DNA of 64,000 nucleotides, from the NCBI GenBank assembly GCA_973895155.1, contig OZ316898.1, positions 17,660,752 through 17,724,751 on the forward strand, read 5' to 3'. Of this stretch, positions 26,049 to 39,781 are shown piece by piece. Within the stretch, counting starts at the first letter, position 1; each line of letters opens with the position of its first letter. Source of the DNA: Marsupella aquatica. Its lineage: Eukaryota > Plantae > Marchantiophyta. A program made the position numbers and the translations under genes. Under the pieces are notes generated by a model. The model was not told the DNA's origin, did not search any database, and saw only the letters and a list, made by a program, of their open reading frames with translations.

Positions 26049-29000
26049 ATGTTCGGAGGGGAGGAAGAGGATTATGAGAGGGAGGAGGAGGAGGAAATCA
26101 CACAGGAGGATGCATGGGCTGTCATTAGTGCCTACTTCGAGGAGAAAGGACTCGTCAGGCAGCAGCTCGATTCATTCGATGAGTTCATTCAAAATACGAT
26201 GCAGGAAATTGTGGACGAGTCCGCGGACATTGAAATTCGTCCCGAGTCTCAGCACAATCCTGGCCGTACCACCGAGTTCAGCGAGACAACTTACAAAATC
26301 AACTTTGGCCAGATTTACCTCTCCAAACCTATGATGACCGAATCGGATGGTGAGACCGCCACGCTCTTCCCCAAGGCGGCCCGGCTGAGAAATTTGACCT
26401 ATTCCGCCCCCTTGTACGTTGATATCACTAAGCATGTGGTGAGGAAGGGAGAGGACGGTGATGAGGGGGAGGCTGACAAAGAAGACCTTCCGAAAGTTTT
26501 CATCGGCAAAGTGCCGATCATGCTCCGGTCCAGCTACTGCACTCTGTACCAAAATTCGGACAAAGATCTCACAGAGCTTGGAGAATGCCCATACGATCAG
26601 GGTGGCTACTTCATTATTAACGGCAGTGAGAAGGTTCTAATTGCTCAAGAGAAGATGAGCACAAATCATGTGTACGTATTTAAAAAAAGGCAGCCCAATA
26701 AGTATGCCTATGTGGGAGAGGTGCGGTCCATGGCCGAGACGCAGAACAGGCCAGCGAGCAGCATGTTTGTGAGGATGCTTTCTCGAGCTGGAGCTAAAGG
26801 GGGCTCATCAGGGCAGTATATTCGTGCCACTCTGCCATACATTCGCACAGAGATCCCCATTATTGTCGTTTTTCGAGCTCTGGGTTTTGTGGCTGATAAG
26901 GATATCCTGGAACACATCTGTTACGATTTCAATGACACTGCTATGATGGAGTTGCTCCGCCCGTCGTTGGAGGAGGCCTTCGTGATACAGAATCAGCAGG
27001 TTGCTCTCGATTACATTGGGAAGAGAGGTTCCACGGTCGGTGTGACGAGGGAAAAGCGTATCAAGTATGCCAAGGAGATCCTGCAGAAGGAGATGCTGCC
27101 TCATGTGGGTGTTGGTGAATTTTGCGAGACGAAGAAAGCTTACTTTTTTGGATACATCATTCATAGACTTCTACTGTGTGCTCTTGGGCGAAGGGCGGAG
27201 GATGATAGAGATCACTATGGAAATAAACGGCTGGATCTCGCTGGTCCACTTCTTGGAGGGCTGTTTCGGATGCTGTTCCGGAAATTGACGAAGGATGTCC
27301 GCGGTTACCTACAAAAGTGCGTGGACAATGGGAAAGAGATCAATCTTGCATATGCAGTGAAGGCCAAAACAATCACAAGTGGATTGAAATATTCTCTTGC
27401 TACTGGTAACTGGGGACAAGCGAATACTGCAGGTGTCAGAGCTGGTGTATCACAGGTGCTCAATCGTCTGACGTATGCATCCACATTATCACATCTGCGG
27501 AGGCTGAACTCTCCCATTGGCCGTGAAGGAAAGCTTGCAAAGCCTCGGCAGCTGCACAATTCACACTGGGGCATGATGTGCCCAGCTGAAACTCCTGAAG
27601 GTCAGGCCTGTGGGCTGGTGAAAAACTTAGCCCTCATGGCTCATATAACCGTGGGCTCAGCTGCCAATCCAATCTTGGAGTTTTTGGAGGAATGGAGTAC
27701 GGAAAATTTTGAGGAAATATCCCCAGCTGTTATTCCTCAGTCGACAAAAATCTTTGTGAACGGTTGCTGGGTGGGAATTCATCGTAATCCAGATCTGCTG
27801 GTGCGAACTCTTCGACAGCTTCGCCGTCAGGTGGATGTTAATCCTGAAGTGGGAGTGGTTCGAGACATTCGTCTTAAGGAGTTGAGACTGTACACTGACT
27901 ATGGTCGATGCAGTAGACCGTTGTTCATTGTAGAGAAGCAGAGATTGCTGATCAAGAAATCTGACGTTCGAGCTCTTCAGTTGAAGGAGGCCAGTGAAAG
28001 CGGTTGGCATGAGCTGGTTGCCAAGGGTTATATTGAGTATGTGGACACAGAAGAGGAGGAAACGACTATGATTTCTATGACCATTTCTGATTTGGTGAAT
28101 GCGCGAAACAACCCGGAAGAGGCTTATTCGAAAACATACACCCACTGTGAAGTCCATCCATCCATGATTCTTGGAGTGTGTGCTTCCATCATACCATTTC
28201 CCGATCACAATCAGTCACCTCGTAACACTTACCAGTCTGCTATGGGAAAGCAAGCGATGGGGATTTATGTCACCAATTACCAACTCCGCATGGACACTTT
28301 GGCTTATGTTCTCTATTATCCACAAAAGCCTTTGGTCACTACACAGGCCATGGCCCATCTTCATTTTCGACAGCTGCCCGCTGGCATTAATGCTATTGTT
28401 GCCATTGCATGTTACTCTGGTTATAACCAAGAAGATTCTGTCATCATGAATCAATCTTCGATTGACCGTGGTTTCTTCAGATCCATTTTCTATCGATCTT
28501 ACAGGGACGAAGAGAAAAAACAGGGCACGCTAGTGAAGGAGGAGTTTGAAAGGCCAAATAGAGAAAACACGACGGGAATGAGGCACGGATCATATGATAA
28601 GCTGGATGATGATGGCCTTGCACCCCCGGGGACCCGAGTTTCGGGGGAGGATGTAATTATTGGGAAGACAACTCCTTTGCCTCAGGATGAAACAGGTAGC
28701 CAGGCGCAACGTTACACAAAACGAGATCAGAGCACATGTTTAAGGCACAGCGAAAGTGGTATGATTGACCAGGTGCTGTTGACAACAAATGCTGATGGCC
28801 TGCGCTTTGTCAAGATCAGGGTTCGCTCAATTCGCATACCTCAGATTGGCGACAAGTTTAGCAGTAGACACGGACAGAAGGGTACCGTTGGCATGACTTA
28901 CACTCAAGAAGATATGCCTTGGACACAAGAGGGTATCACTCCTGACATTATCGTCAATCCTCATGCTATTCCATCACGAATGACAATTGGGCAGCTGATT

Positions 29001-29609
29001 GAGTGTATCATGGGCAAAGTTGCTGCACACATGGGCAAGGAGGGTGATGCCACTCCATTCACTGACGTCACTGTGGATAACATCAGTAAAGCTCTACACA
29101 AGTGTGGATATCAAATGAGAGGTTTTGAGGTTATGTACAATGGACATACCGGCCGCAGATTGTATGCACATATCTTCCTGGGCCCGACATATTACCAGCG
29201 ATTGAAGCATATGGTCGACGATAAAATCCATTCACGTGGGCGAGGACCAGTGCAAATCCTTACTCGCCAACCTGCAGAAGGTCGGTCTCGTGATGGAGGT
29301 CTGCGTTTTGGGGAAATGGAACGAGACTGCATGATAGCTCATGGAGCTGCTCACTTCCTGAAGGAGCGGCTGTTCGATCAAAGTGATGCTTACCGTGTAC
29401 ATGTTTGCGAGATTTGTGGGCTTATAGCAATCGCCAACTTGAAGAAAAATACGTACGAGTGTCGGGGCTGTAAGAATAAGACTGAAATTGTACAGGTGCA
29501 TATACCGTATGCCTGCAAGCTCTTGTTCCAGGAGTTGATGTCAATGGCCATAGCTCCAAGGATGTTTACCAAAGAAGAGGAAAAGAAGGGAGGAAAGAAG
29601 GCAGTTTAA
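26049..29609 (+). CDS. NRPB2: DNA-directed RNA polymerase II second-largest subunit; single-exon CDS
   Basis: Uninterrupted ORF from the ATG at 26049 (MFGGEEEDY...), 1186 aa. Hallmark motifs [78 protein letters not shown] and [11 protein letters not shown], plus the C-terminal zinc ribbon. Pol II type rather than Pol IV/V type. Confidence 0.98.
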   Translation: MFGGEEEDYEREEEEEITQEDAWAVISAYFEEKGLVRQQLDSFDEFIQNTMQEIVDESADIEIRPESQHNPGRTTEFSETTYKINFGQIYLSKPMMTESDGETATLFPKAARLRNLTYSAPLYVDITKHVVRKGEDGDEGEADKEDLPKVFIGKVPIMLRSSYCTLYQNSDKDLTELGECPYDQGGYFIINGSEKVLIAQEKMSTNHVYVFKKRQPNKYAYVGEVRSMAETQNRPASSMFVRMLSRAGAKGGSSGQYIRATLPYIRTEIPIIVVFRALGFVADKDILEHICYDFNDTAMMELLRPSLEEAFVIQNQQVALDYIGKRGSTVGVTREKRIKYAKEILQKEMLPHVGVGEFCETKKAYFFGYIIHRLLLCALGRRAEDDRDHYGNKRLDLAGPLLGGLFRMLFRKLTKDVRGYLQKCVDNGKEINLAYAVKAKTITSGLKYSLATGNWGQANTAGVRAGVSQVLNRLTYASTLSHLRRLNSPIGREGKLAKPRQLHNSHWGMMCPAETPEGQACGLVKNLALMAHITVGSAANPILEFLEEWSTENFEEISPAVIPQSTKIFVNGCWVGIHRNPDLLVRTLRQLRRQVDVNPEVGVVRDIRLKELRLYTDYGRCSRPLFIVEKQRLLIKKSDVRALQLKEASESGWHELVAKGYIEYVDTEEEETTMISMTISDLVNARNNPEEAYSKTYTHCEVHPSMILGVCASIIPFPDHNQSPRNTYQSAMGKQAMGIYVTNYQLRMDTLAYVLYYPQKPLVTTQAMAHLHFRQLPAGINAIVAIACYSGYNQEDSVIMNQSSIDRGFFRSIFYRSYRDEEKKQGTLVKEEFERPNRENTTGMRHGSYDKLDDDGLAPPGTRVSGEDVIIGKTTPLPQDETGSQAQRYTKRDQSTCLRHSESGMIDQVLLTTNADGLRFVKIRVRSIRIPQIGDKFSSRHGQKGTVGMTYTQEDMPWTQEGITPDIIVNPHAIPSRMTIGQLIECIMGKVAAHMGKEGDATPFTDVTVDNISKALHKCGYQMRGFEVMYNGHTGRRLYAHIFLGPTYYQRLKHMVDDKIHSRGRGPVQILTRQPAEGRSRDGGLRFGEMERDCMIAHGAAHFLKERLFDQSDAYRVHVCEICGLIAIANLKKNTYECRGCKNKTEIVQVHIPYACKLLFQELMSMAIAPRMFTKEEEKKGGKKAV

Positions 29610-30954
29610 GACCGCCCGTCTTTAGTAAAGGTCGAGCTCTTTTCCTGTTCGGGCTAAGCAAATTGGATGGTGTCAGTTCCGGTTTGGTATTCCGGTTTTC
29701 CAATTTTCCACTGCAAAGCACATCAGGACCGTTGGGTTGATGAGCAATTCACAGCCTCTCGGTTCGCAAATATACAATTGCTTCAATAGCTCAGGAAAAT
29801 GTATATGCACCTTCCCATGATCTTACATCTGCAAGAAACAAAAAATTTTGAGGTCTCGTATACTTCGGCATTTGCACTCTTCCTAAATAACTGCTCTACT
29901 GATAAACTCGGGGCAGGTAGGAAAGAGTTCTAAATTAGATCCTGTCATGAGATTAGAGGTTGATGTCCACAATCAGTGGTCAGAGCCCCCAATTAAAGGG
30001 AAACGCTCCCATGACTTGCCATGACCCACTAGTGTGGCTTCTGTGGACCATTAACATCAAAAGACTGGTCCACGATTGTACTTGTTTCACCAATTCCTTA
30101 GTAAAAATTGTTCACAGTTGTACTTGTTTCAGGTGTAATCTCACAAATATGAGGGCAATCGTTTTCTTTCATCAGTTGCATGGTCTGTAATTGTGTCTTG
30201 TACGAGCGATACCTGGTTGTACTAGTTTTGGTTCGCTGAGTACAGTGAAGTTTGTCAGCGATCGTACATGTTACATGGAGTTACATTCGTACCTAACTCG
30301 CGCACACAGATCACCAGTCACGCTTCCATAAATTGGGTAAAATCCGTAGTATTGATTGCTTGGAGCATTTTCTTCGATAAATCTTCTCCACGATTGGGCC
30401 CGTCTCACCAAACAGACAGTCGACATCATGATTGTGCACATAGCAGGCGTTTTAGGTTGCATTCCTTACTTCCATCCTTGGAGTATCGTGTCAGTTTTTC
30501 ATAAGCAGCAGACCTGTTTTGTGACGCACATATAGAGGGCAGTAATTCCAAGTTTTTATACATGAGAAGAATTTGGCCAATTCTGCTAACTATGTAAGAT
30601 TTTGACATTTCCACAAACTCTTGATACGTTTGTATTTCCAAAACATCCAATGACCAAGGGCTACTTCCGCGTAGATCGAGCATTCGGATCGCTCACAACA
30701 ATAAGGTTTCGTCACAACAATAGGGCTTCGTCCTGCGCTTGGAGAACACTTCCCCTCAAAATTGCATGTAGTACTTACAGGAGACTTGTGTACTGCTCTT
30801 GTTAAAATCGGCTCAAACCTGAAGTTCCAATGACCATAACAGAGTCGCTGCAATGATTTTTCTGGAGCTTGATAGTAGAACCGCCTTTCAAAGAGGCTGA
30901 TACCTTTGTGCACAAAACTTTTGAACTGCTGCTGCGTGATAGTCACCCTATCTT

Positions 30955-31277
30955 TTTTTGCCTTGAAAACCGAAAGCAGGCCCATCCAACAGAGGAAAGA
31001 CGTCCTGCTTTGGAGCATGCAGTTCTATGTAGGGCAGCCACAAGGGGACAATACCCAAGGATCCGACAGGGACCCAGACCAGGAGGGAGAGAGAATTAAA
31101 CCAGAACCCAAAGTGGGCAACCAGGGCTGAGGAGATAATCAATACTCCCACCACTACACACCCCACCCACACACACACACATACCCTCCACACCCCTTAT
31201 GTGTGGAGGGAGGATTGAACCTGGGACCTCTCGGTTCTAGGCTCATCCTCTGGCCAACTGACCAAAGCCAGTTGGTT
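30955..31277 (-). mobile_element. tRNA-derived SINE (~320 bp) with 16-bp target-site duplication
   Basis: TSD ATAGTCACCCTATCTT at 30939-30954 and 31278-31293. On the minus strand it starts AACCAACTGGCTT, has Pol III A box TGGTCAGTTGG (31264-31254) and B box GGTTCAATCC (31221-31212), a GT-rich tract and a short 3' A tail. Confidence 0.9.
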
Positions 31278-31561
31278 ATAGTCACCCTATCTTACTTTGA
31301 TCTGTGAGACTGAGCCAAAGAGACGTGGCATATCTCTGTTTGTCAGGGAAAGACTAGGCCAAATCTTGGCGAATTGTTCTAAACTAATCCATGAACTGCA
31401 ATGTTTAGGTATGTTCTCACAATGCACCTTCTTTGATCTTTGAGCATAAAATAAAGTTCTCTACTCCAAATAAGAGAACCCATGTCCGAGAAGCACCTCA
31501 AATTGCATCCCACTGCCTACCTCTGCGGCCAAGCCTCTGCCTAGGCTTCAGAATGGTACCT

Positions 31562-34500
31562 TTAATATAATACATTTCGTAGTGCAAAAACCAGCACATG
31601 CCCCTGGAGTTCTCGGTCTACTGGAAAATGTGCATGGAAGAACTTTTGCTCCTGTTGTAGTAACGGAATGAATACGTTAGTAGCACAAAAACACACTTCA
31701 GCATCTCAGAAATACGTCCCCAATGTTCAAGAATACAATTACTTACCAATTTGTAATGATGTTTCTGTAGAAAAAAATGTACTTTAGATTCTATAGAATC
31801 ATAGATCACAATGTGACTCGGTAATGGTGGAACACTGCCACTCCCCTCATGGGAGAACATGCTTTCAAGGAAGCCATATGGATTAGCGTTGAAGCGATCC
31901 GCTTCATCTATATACCCAGGTTGGTCACTGCAACAGGAAAGGGATCAGTTGGGTCTGAGCAAGACATGAAAAGCTACATGGGGCAATCATCTCTAGCAGA
32001 CAAGTATTTCTTGGCAACCAACATTTGCTGCAGACATTCTACAGTTTTTTGATCCAATCATGCCAAACATATATGAATCAATGATGTGTGAAAGCAAGAA
32101 ATATTACCTTGGGGAGCAGTCAAGGAATCGCATAGGCACCTTTTTATGGAGGGAGGAATAGAAAGGCGTAGAATGACAAGGCATAAGGAATAACACTCCG
32201 TCCACACGACCTTGATAAGCCTCCTCTGCTAGGTACTCCATCACTCTTTCGCCCCCTCTCTGTAATAGCCGTACAAGATCAGTCTTATGTTGACCTTCAC
32301 TGCAGTCGTGTATATTGATACTGTCAGTAGTCAACATACGTACTGGGACCTTACTTTGGAAAAATCCTTGAACAGCCATCACATGAGCAGAACTGTACAA
32401 CTTTGGGAGGCTTCCCCTTCCAAAACTCAAGCACAGATACAACTATCTTCAGGGCAACTAAAGAGACCCACAAATGAGAAGGTAGATCACAAAAACACAA
32501 GAGCGTATTATTTTGAGAGAAAAACTGAAGACTCGTCTGGCTATGGTGAGACTGTTCGTAAAAGAGGATAAAAGGTGCAAGGTATTCCCTACCGAAGAAT
32601 GAAATGTCCATTCTGCATAATGAGTTAGAATACAACGAACACCCTACTCTGACACTTTGGCCGACACAGACCATGCAGGAACCATATTCATATTTCTCGA
32701 GTCAACTCAAACTTTTAACAGGTCTCTCACCTCTCCTTTGTTTGCGAAACCAAATTCACATAAGCTTTCAAAATACATTACGTTTGCCTCGATGTCAGAA
32801 TAACTAGAACAGAAATGAAACGATTGAATTTTCTTTCAAGCACCTGATGAATCAGCGAAGTGTACAGTGCTGTTGGCACATTCGTTGCAAGTAGACCTAG
32901 AATCATCCACCGAAACTTATTTGGTGCATTTGACCAAATATTTCCCCCATTCTTCTTTGATCCCTTTGTTTCTGGTAAGTGAGGAGGCTCCTTGATTTGG
33001 TCAACATCATTTTGAGTTGACCTGCTACCTTGCTCCAATATATTGAGACCGTAGCCAGCAAACATCATAGACAACGGGAGAATTGGAAGCACAAACCTGC
33101 CAGTGCAGAGCGAAATATTTTGGACTCCGTGTCAGAAATATCGACTTGATACAGCCTTCTATTGCCAGTTACAGCCTTGCAGTACTTTAGACACGGTAGC
33201 ATCTCTGAATTTATGTCTCACCAACTGGTAGGCTCTGCCTCAATAACATTAATCATAAACAAGGTGTGTAAAAGAAGAATGGAGGAGACGCACATAGAGA
33301 ATTAAAAATAGATACCTGAACTCCTTGTGACCGATAAGGCTGTATATGCTCAGAACCCAGCAAATGAGGCCTTCGAAGAGCTGATTTTTAGCCCACTGCA
33401 TTCCCAATACTGAAATAGGAAGGAAAGTGAAGACCATCACGGGAAATCCCTGTGAGAAGTACCAATGCCAGGGGTGGGTGCCATAGAAATCTCCTCCAGA
33501 TGACAAAAAGTTGAATTTGAGGAAGTTGAGGGGGACAATAGTCCAGGTTCCGTACATCCAGCGATCTATTAGACTTGCAAGACTAAGGCACCCAGCCCTG
33601 GAGTCATGGAAAGCTCATTAGCCAAGAAATGGCAACAATATATCTTTAACGTGTACACTAGACTGTCATAACGGACTGCAGTTCATCGTTCACATTAAAA
33701 ACCAAGATTACAAGACCAAAACGGACCGCTCCCATGTCAACCTCCGGAGGAGCCCGAGAAGAGCAAGTATTGCTTGATTGGAGGAACATCAAACATGGTA
33801 AATATTGAGCTTATACCCGATTGGGAAGACTTCAGCCAGAAGAAACCAAAGCTTGTCACGGGTTTGATATAAGTGCAGCACTCCCATATAAAGCCAGATG
33901 ATGCCATTAGTGGGTCGAATGATACATGACAATGCTGCAACTGTGAGAGCCAACTGCCGACATGATATCCAACAAGAGTTCTGTGGGGCCTTTGGCACCG
34001 GATTTTTCGGCCAGTAAAACAGTGCTACGATTGTGAGCGTCGTCTCCAAGCTGTTGGATAAAGTCCGCACCATACAGAAGAAAGTGAACCAGTTGACCAT
34101 TTGGCTGAAGAGCTGATTACGTAGCTCAGGAACGCTGACATTATTTTAGGTAATTTGCAACAGCTGCTATCCATCCATGAATCAGTCTCTAAAAGAAAAT
34201 TCAGCCTTTTGTTTGATACCTTAACCACTTGTTTCCTCCTACAGGTGTCTCCCAACAGGCACAATCTTCAGAACAAATGGGAAAACTTGAATGAGTAGGA
34301 TACGGTCCAATATGCCGTTTGACGCCCAAAGACTTGGAAACTGAGTTTGAATATATACAGGTCACCAACTGCGGCAAATAGAGCTTGAAACAGCCGTGGA
34401 GCCCTGGCCTGATGACACAAATTGAGACAATCTTTGTTGAGGTGGAAACCCTACATTTTCTTCTTGTAGAGTTGTGTCATGGACTGAAGCAGAAACCACA

Positions 34501-35441
34501 GAAGTTGAAGTAGAGGCAAAGGAAAAACCCAAATTTGTGCGATTGAATACCTTTTAAGGAAAAGTTTCCATATTCCTACTTGAACGAATTTGAATTTCTA
34601 GTTTTATTCAGCTCCGAGTTATGGGTATAAACAGTCCCCCCACCCCTTCGAATTCAAGTAATCATAGCCAACATGGAGAGAATGATAAGCATTGAGAAGA
34701 CTAGTTTGGTCAAAGAGTCCGAGTTTTGCAAGTGAGAGAAAACATGGAAACACTGAAAGTACCATGAACCACGGCGTGTCCAAGCCCGTCAATGCCAATA
34801 GCTTATACAATATAGCAAAGATCAAGGGATGCACAAAGCTTCGAATTCCCCTTTTCCACTCCCACGTCACGTGGCCATACCTGCACAGAAGCCATGGGCA
34901 AAATATAGAAGCTTTCGCTAGAGAGGCTCCACAAGCCTGAAGTCCACCAATGTATATCTCTAGTGTTCTCTAGTCTACTGGTAACCTAACTGGTCCATCT
35001 GTTGCTAGACTTGTTCCTTGTCTCCTTACATGTCATGCTCAATTACTGCTCGCCCAATGTCCTCAACTTCATCAATAGAATGGAGAACTTTAACAACCAA
35101 TTGCTGCACGCCCAAACAAGAAACAAAATAAACAGAGATCAAGCCATATATAGTTAGTAGATTTATTACCCGAAGACGATGCGGTGGGCGACCTCAAGGG
35201 CCTGCCAATGTTCGTCAGGATTGAAATATGTCCTCACAAGTAAGGCATTGAGCAGCCTGAAAACTAGGCACACTCTCCATACCCATCTCTCGTCCTCTGC
35301 CCTTTTAGAGTCGTCACCACCAATTCCCTCCTGCGTTGCTTGTCGTGCTTTTTTTTCTGTAGCAATCTCGTGTTTTGCATTTTCCCCATCCCCGCCGCCC
35401 CTGCTTGCTCCCGATGATCCTCTTTTCCTTAAATTCCCCAT
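31562..35441 (-). CDS. PIGB: GPI mannosyltransferase 3 (PIG-B/GPI10; Arabidopsis APTG1-like, Glyco_transf_22)
   Basis: Exons 35441-35170, 34880-34763, 34408-34304, 34112-33817, 33597-33316, 33096-32844, 32259-32108, 31927-31747 and 31651-31562, GT-AG and in phase. Motifs TYFNPDEHWQALEVAH, YGHVTWEW, RTLSNSLET, FYGTHPWHWY, GHKEFRFVLP, FLMPCHSTPFYS and FFHAHFPVDRELQ. Confidence 0.95.
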
Positions 35442-36221
35442 CGGAGAGTCCGCTACCGCAGCATTTGATCAACGATTGGCTTTGCTAAATGCGACAATCC
35501 TCTCTCTGGCCCGCTGGCTCTAACTCGTGCGTTACTCAATGTGCCATATCGGTACAAGAGGATAGAAATAGGGCTTCAGCCTCTAGCAACCACCAAGAAA
35601 GAGGCATCCTGCGACGAAACAGAGACTTTTTGAGGAGAACTTGTTTGGGAGTAATCTCTTGAGCTGATATCAAGACCACAAACAAAACATGTTTCTTGGT
35701 AAATTCTCATTGGATGCTTTGGGACCAAAAAGGTGTTCCTGCAGTTTGATCCAGTCATCCGTCCTGGCTTTGTCACCACTGTTTAGCAACTGTAACTATA
35801 AATTGCTGAACAAGACTTCAATACAAGCTGTGAACGGTCAAAGGGTTAAATCTAAGCATGCAAGTCACTACGGAAATAAAATAGTTATACAGGATAAGAC
35901 CAAAGCCGGGGATTTGAGATGAATCCATGTAAGTGGGGTACGTATAAGAAAGCGTAGCGTCAACAGGGTTTAAGAGAAACCCAAAAACAGATTCGTCTTT
36001 CTGTGTGTAAGTGTGCATTGGAGACCGGAAGTGGACATCACATGTATTAAGGCTACCGAAACCAGACCTGAACATCGGTCCATAAGTTGGTGGAGCCACC
36101 ACGTCGAAAGAGCCACCACGTCGAAATTCACGAAACGGAAGGACCCCCAGCCTGTTCAGTTCGCGAGAAACGTTTCTAGAAGGCTTGAGAAGTACAATTA
36201 CTCGAGGCTGGGGAGCTCACG

Positions 36222-39200
36222 ATGACTTCGGCAACCGCAGCAGAGCCGGCGTCGCCAGCTCCTCGTCGGTTTGTCCTGCCCGCGTTCCTTTCTCCGCAGG
36301 AATGCAAGGTCCGACCCCAAATTCTTGGATTCCCCCTGCCTGGGTCGTAGTCTCTTATAGGACTGTCAAAACGTTCAGCGAGAAGTGTGGTTTTAAGTGA
36401 CTCCTCATGAGTCGATATTCGGTGCAAACAATTTTACTTCCAACCATGAATATCAAGTATCAGCTTTTTGATTGTTCCTTTGATCCAAGGGCATGAGAGT
36501 CTATTTCGTAGAGGTAGAGCAGGATTTGAGTGTTGGCTTGTGGGTTCAACTTCTGTCGGAAGGTTATGACTGGGAGTGATTGGATTGGGTGGGTGGCAGG
36601 AGCTGGAGTTTATCCACAGAAGCTGTGGCGTTTTTGGGTACCGTCCCTTCGTTCTATCCACCACTTTATCTCATTTAGTGGCCACCAATTGTGCTCAACT
36701 CATCATACCCATCCTTTCCGTGCGAGGTGAGATCCTTACCATTTACTGTATCACTGCTTTCTGTGCCTGCAACGGTTTAAGGACCTACCTGTATGTGCTT
36801 CTTCCTTTAACGTCATACTATTTTCTGCTACTTCAGATTCTGGGACCCCATTTCTTGTAACAGTTCCTGTTACATTTCCTCACGAGTTGGTTCAAGTAAA
36901 TTCAAATCCGATGGATTTGACAAACAGGATCTTTGAAGTAAAGTACAATATTGTGTTGATCAACTGAGTATCTTTCTGTAGTTCAATTTAGTTCAATTCG
37001 AGGACATCATGAGGTAGAGTACTTGCTGTCCGAGGATGAGACCCATTGTGCAAAAGTACTCCAAGGGCGTTGGCTAATCAATTCTCGGCACTCCAAACCT
37101 TTCTGCGAATGTCCTTCTGTCTCCTGAAGCTCTCTGGTGAGTTCAATCCAAACCAAGAGCCTTTCTTAATAGAAAACATTTGTGCAGTGGCACTCAGCAG
37201 GAGAGTTGACAAAGTAGCCCATATGCAGAAGAAATGTCGCCGATTTCCTTTTCGGAAACACAGAAGCATAGCTATTCAGACTGCTATCCCAGAGTAGGAT
37301 CTGCCAACTCGGCAGCACCTTTAATAGAACTGAGGATGCGGTTCAATTTTCCCATTGCGTCAAAAAACGATGTGCCGTACGGTGGTCTCATCCTTGGGCG
37401 GCATTCTTGCTGTCAGTTTTTGTAAAAGCTATCTAACAAGATAGCCTCAAGTGAGATAAGGATAATCCATTTCTAGAGCCTTTACTGAGGCTTCGCTATC
37501 TGTGTTTCAAGAAAGGGTTAAGGAAGCAGTGGAAGAATATTTTGGAAGAGAGTACGAACTCTTCGTCGAGTTCACAGGCTTGATCAGGTCAGCTACTCTT
37601 ACAGTCCATATAACGTGAGCTCAATTTCTAATTGAAACCAGCATTAGCGGATACATTATCTGGTAATTTCTGCCTTCTTTCCCAAGACAGTTGCACAGCG
37701 CAGTAAACCTTCACGGCTTGTCTGCTCAGTCCATCTCCAAGTCTTAAATATGATGCATGACTTAAAAAATATGTATTACTCCCACTGTGATGCAGTTGGA
37801 CAGAAGGGGCTAACATAGGCTGGCACAGTGATGACAATAGATCCTATTTGCGCCAGCGCCACTATTCAGTATGTACCCTTGGACAACAGTTTAACTCCCA
37901 GCTATTGTGCAGTAACGTGTCCAATTTGGGCATTCAGACGATGGGTTGAACTTTGTTGTGGGGAAATCTGCCAGTCAACTTTTGAAGCATTAAAACATTC
38001 AAGAAATGACGATTGAAGATAGAGGTTGAGTGGATGACGCTTGTTATGATATTCTTGTTTTTCAACTGTTGGCTGTCAGCATCAGCTATTGATGATCGTT
38101 AGTGACTGCTGATGCATCGTTGTAGGCAGTGTGTTATTTGAATACCTACGAGGAAGACTTCAAAGGTGGCCTTTTCCACTTTCAAGAGGGTGAACCGTCA
38201 ACAATCATTCCATCGCTAGGGGTACTCTCTTTATTTCAATATGAGTTTTTTCCAGTCTGGATGTTTTGTTGTCTTCCCAATTCTGTAACCCCTGTAATAA
38301 TTTTATAAGTACTAAAACCTCGACTAAACCAAATTATGAAAAAATCTCTACGGGACTTCATATGCTCGTTCTTATTTTTACGGCTTAACAGATACTTTGT
38401 AACAGATTGACACCCTGCAAGAGAAAGTGTTTGAAATGCTGCGCCGGTCGTTTTTTGTTTGACAGACCTTGATAATATATACTGCAGATGAGAGGAACAT
38501 GCATCGTGTTGATGAGGTGCTCTTCAGTTCTTACTTTCCTGAAGGAATGCGAAACTCAATTGATGGTGTATCGCTATGAAGAACGTGAAGAAATTAAAAT
38601 TGGCTTTAAGCTCGTGAACTGTTGAAGAGATAAGTTGTCTTCTAGCTGTAGCTGTGCATTGACTGTAAAGACGTTTTGCATTAACACACCATACATGTCT
38701 TGTTGAGGTCACCTATAGGTCACAGAGGGGGAGCGCTGCACCCTAGCCTTGTGGTTTACCTCAGACCGTGTGCATGATGAAGATACGAAACTCATTAAAC
38801 AGATATCCATGGTGGTGCCGGATTTGCCAGCTCGTCTGTCCGATGAAGAACCTGAAAAAGGTGGGGTACTTTAAGAGTAACTTCTATTCAATCCACTCGG
38901 TTCCTCCGACTTCGCACATTGCTAGAACGTAATTCGTCCACTTAAGTAGTCCTCAATATATGGAATTATTTTCTCAGCCAAGGGTGGTTCCGAATTTTGA
39001 AGTGCCTTGCTTTTTGCAGTGTTGGGTATGTCGCCACGCAAAAAACAATTCCACCCTCTTGCAGCATCAAGTGTGATGTACAGGGCTTACAATGTTCACA
39101 AAGAACCTGATCAGGTTATGGAGAGGAATACCACTGGAGAACTGGCAAATCCATTTTTCGACACAACTAGTGACCTGCGGGTTGTCCGTCTGGCATTATT

Positions 39201-39781
39201 GGGTTTGAGTTGCTGCTTCTCATCCATAGCTGTAGATGACCAACATGACAACCCAGTAGTGCTTACCTACAAGGACAAGGAAGTGCCTCACTTGTTCTCA
39301 AGCAGTCTGGAAGCCTTACAGGTGCGTATGACCATTTTCTTTTAGTTCTCCAAAGGATGCCATATTCGTGCGCTAATTTGCTAGAGTTAATTACTTTGTT
39401 TCCTGCACTGTCAGGCAGATGGTATGAATAAGCTGAGTACCTACTTTTGCTGGAATTTGTGACCAGGCCACAGAATTTCATCAATTCAGAAAGGCAAAGC
39501 GCAATACCTTGTCCTCAGGTTTCAGTGAGCAGTGTCCGGTGGGCCCGAAGTGGAAATCTGTACTGTTCGATGCCGATAGCTCACATTCTCAAATAAAAAC
39601 AAGCAATTGCACTACACATGCGATTGCAGTTTCTGTCTCCCCTCGGGAAGGTGATCAAGAACAATTAAGTGAGTTTCTTAATAGTTTAGAACAGTTCGAA
39701 GCTTATACATCCAATTTGTGGAAAAAACTTTTCCAATTGTTTCCAACCTGGAGAACTACTGGATCTCTAACGTTAACGTGA
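36222..39781 (+). CDS. 2-oxoglutarate/Fe(II)-dependent dioxygenase, prolyl 3-hydroxylase-like
   Basis: Exons 36222-36308, 36600-36726, 37512-37587, 37796-37868, 38126-38221, 38466-38516, 38718-38860, 39020-39321 and 39467-39781. Facial triad GWHSDDN...MHRVDEVTEGERCTLALWF (HxD...H plus the 2OG-binding Arg), and AVCYLN...DFKGGLFHF. Confidence 0.88.

Noticed and set aside
4411-29609. Functional cluster of transcription machinery (SNAPC4 near NRPB2)
   Set aside because: Separated by 15 kb, an unrelated gene and TE DNA; two genes are not evidence of a cluster without synteny data. I recognised no snRNA gene in the window.
29830-29850. Poly(A) relic of NRPB2 retroposition
   Set aside because: The A-rich patch is short and interrupted, and no flanking TSD was found.
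31200-31277. tRNA gene
   Set aside because: A and B boxes are present, but I cannot build a cloverleaf acceptor stem, and it is the head of a TSD-flanked SINE.
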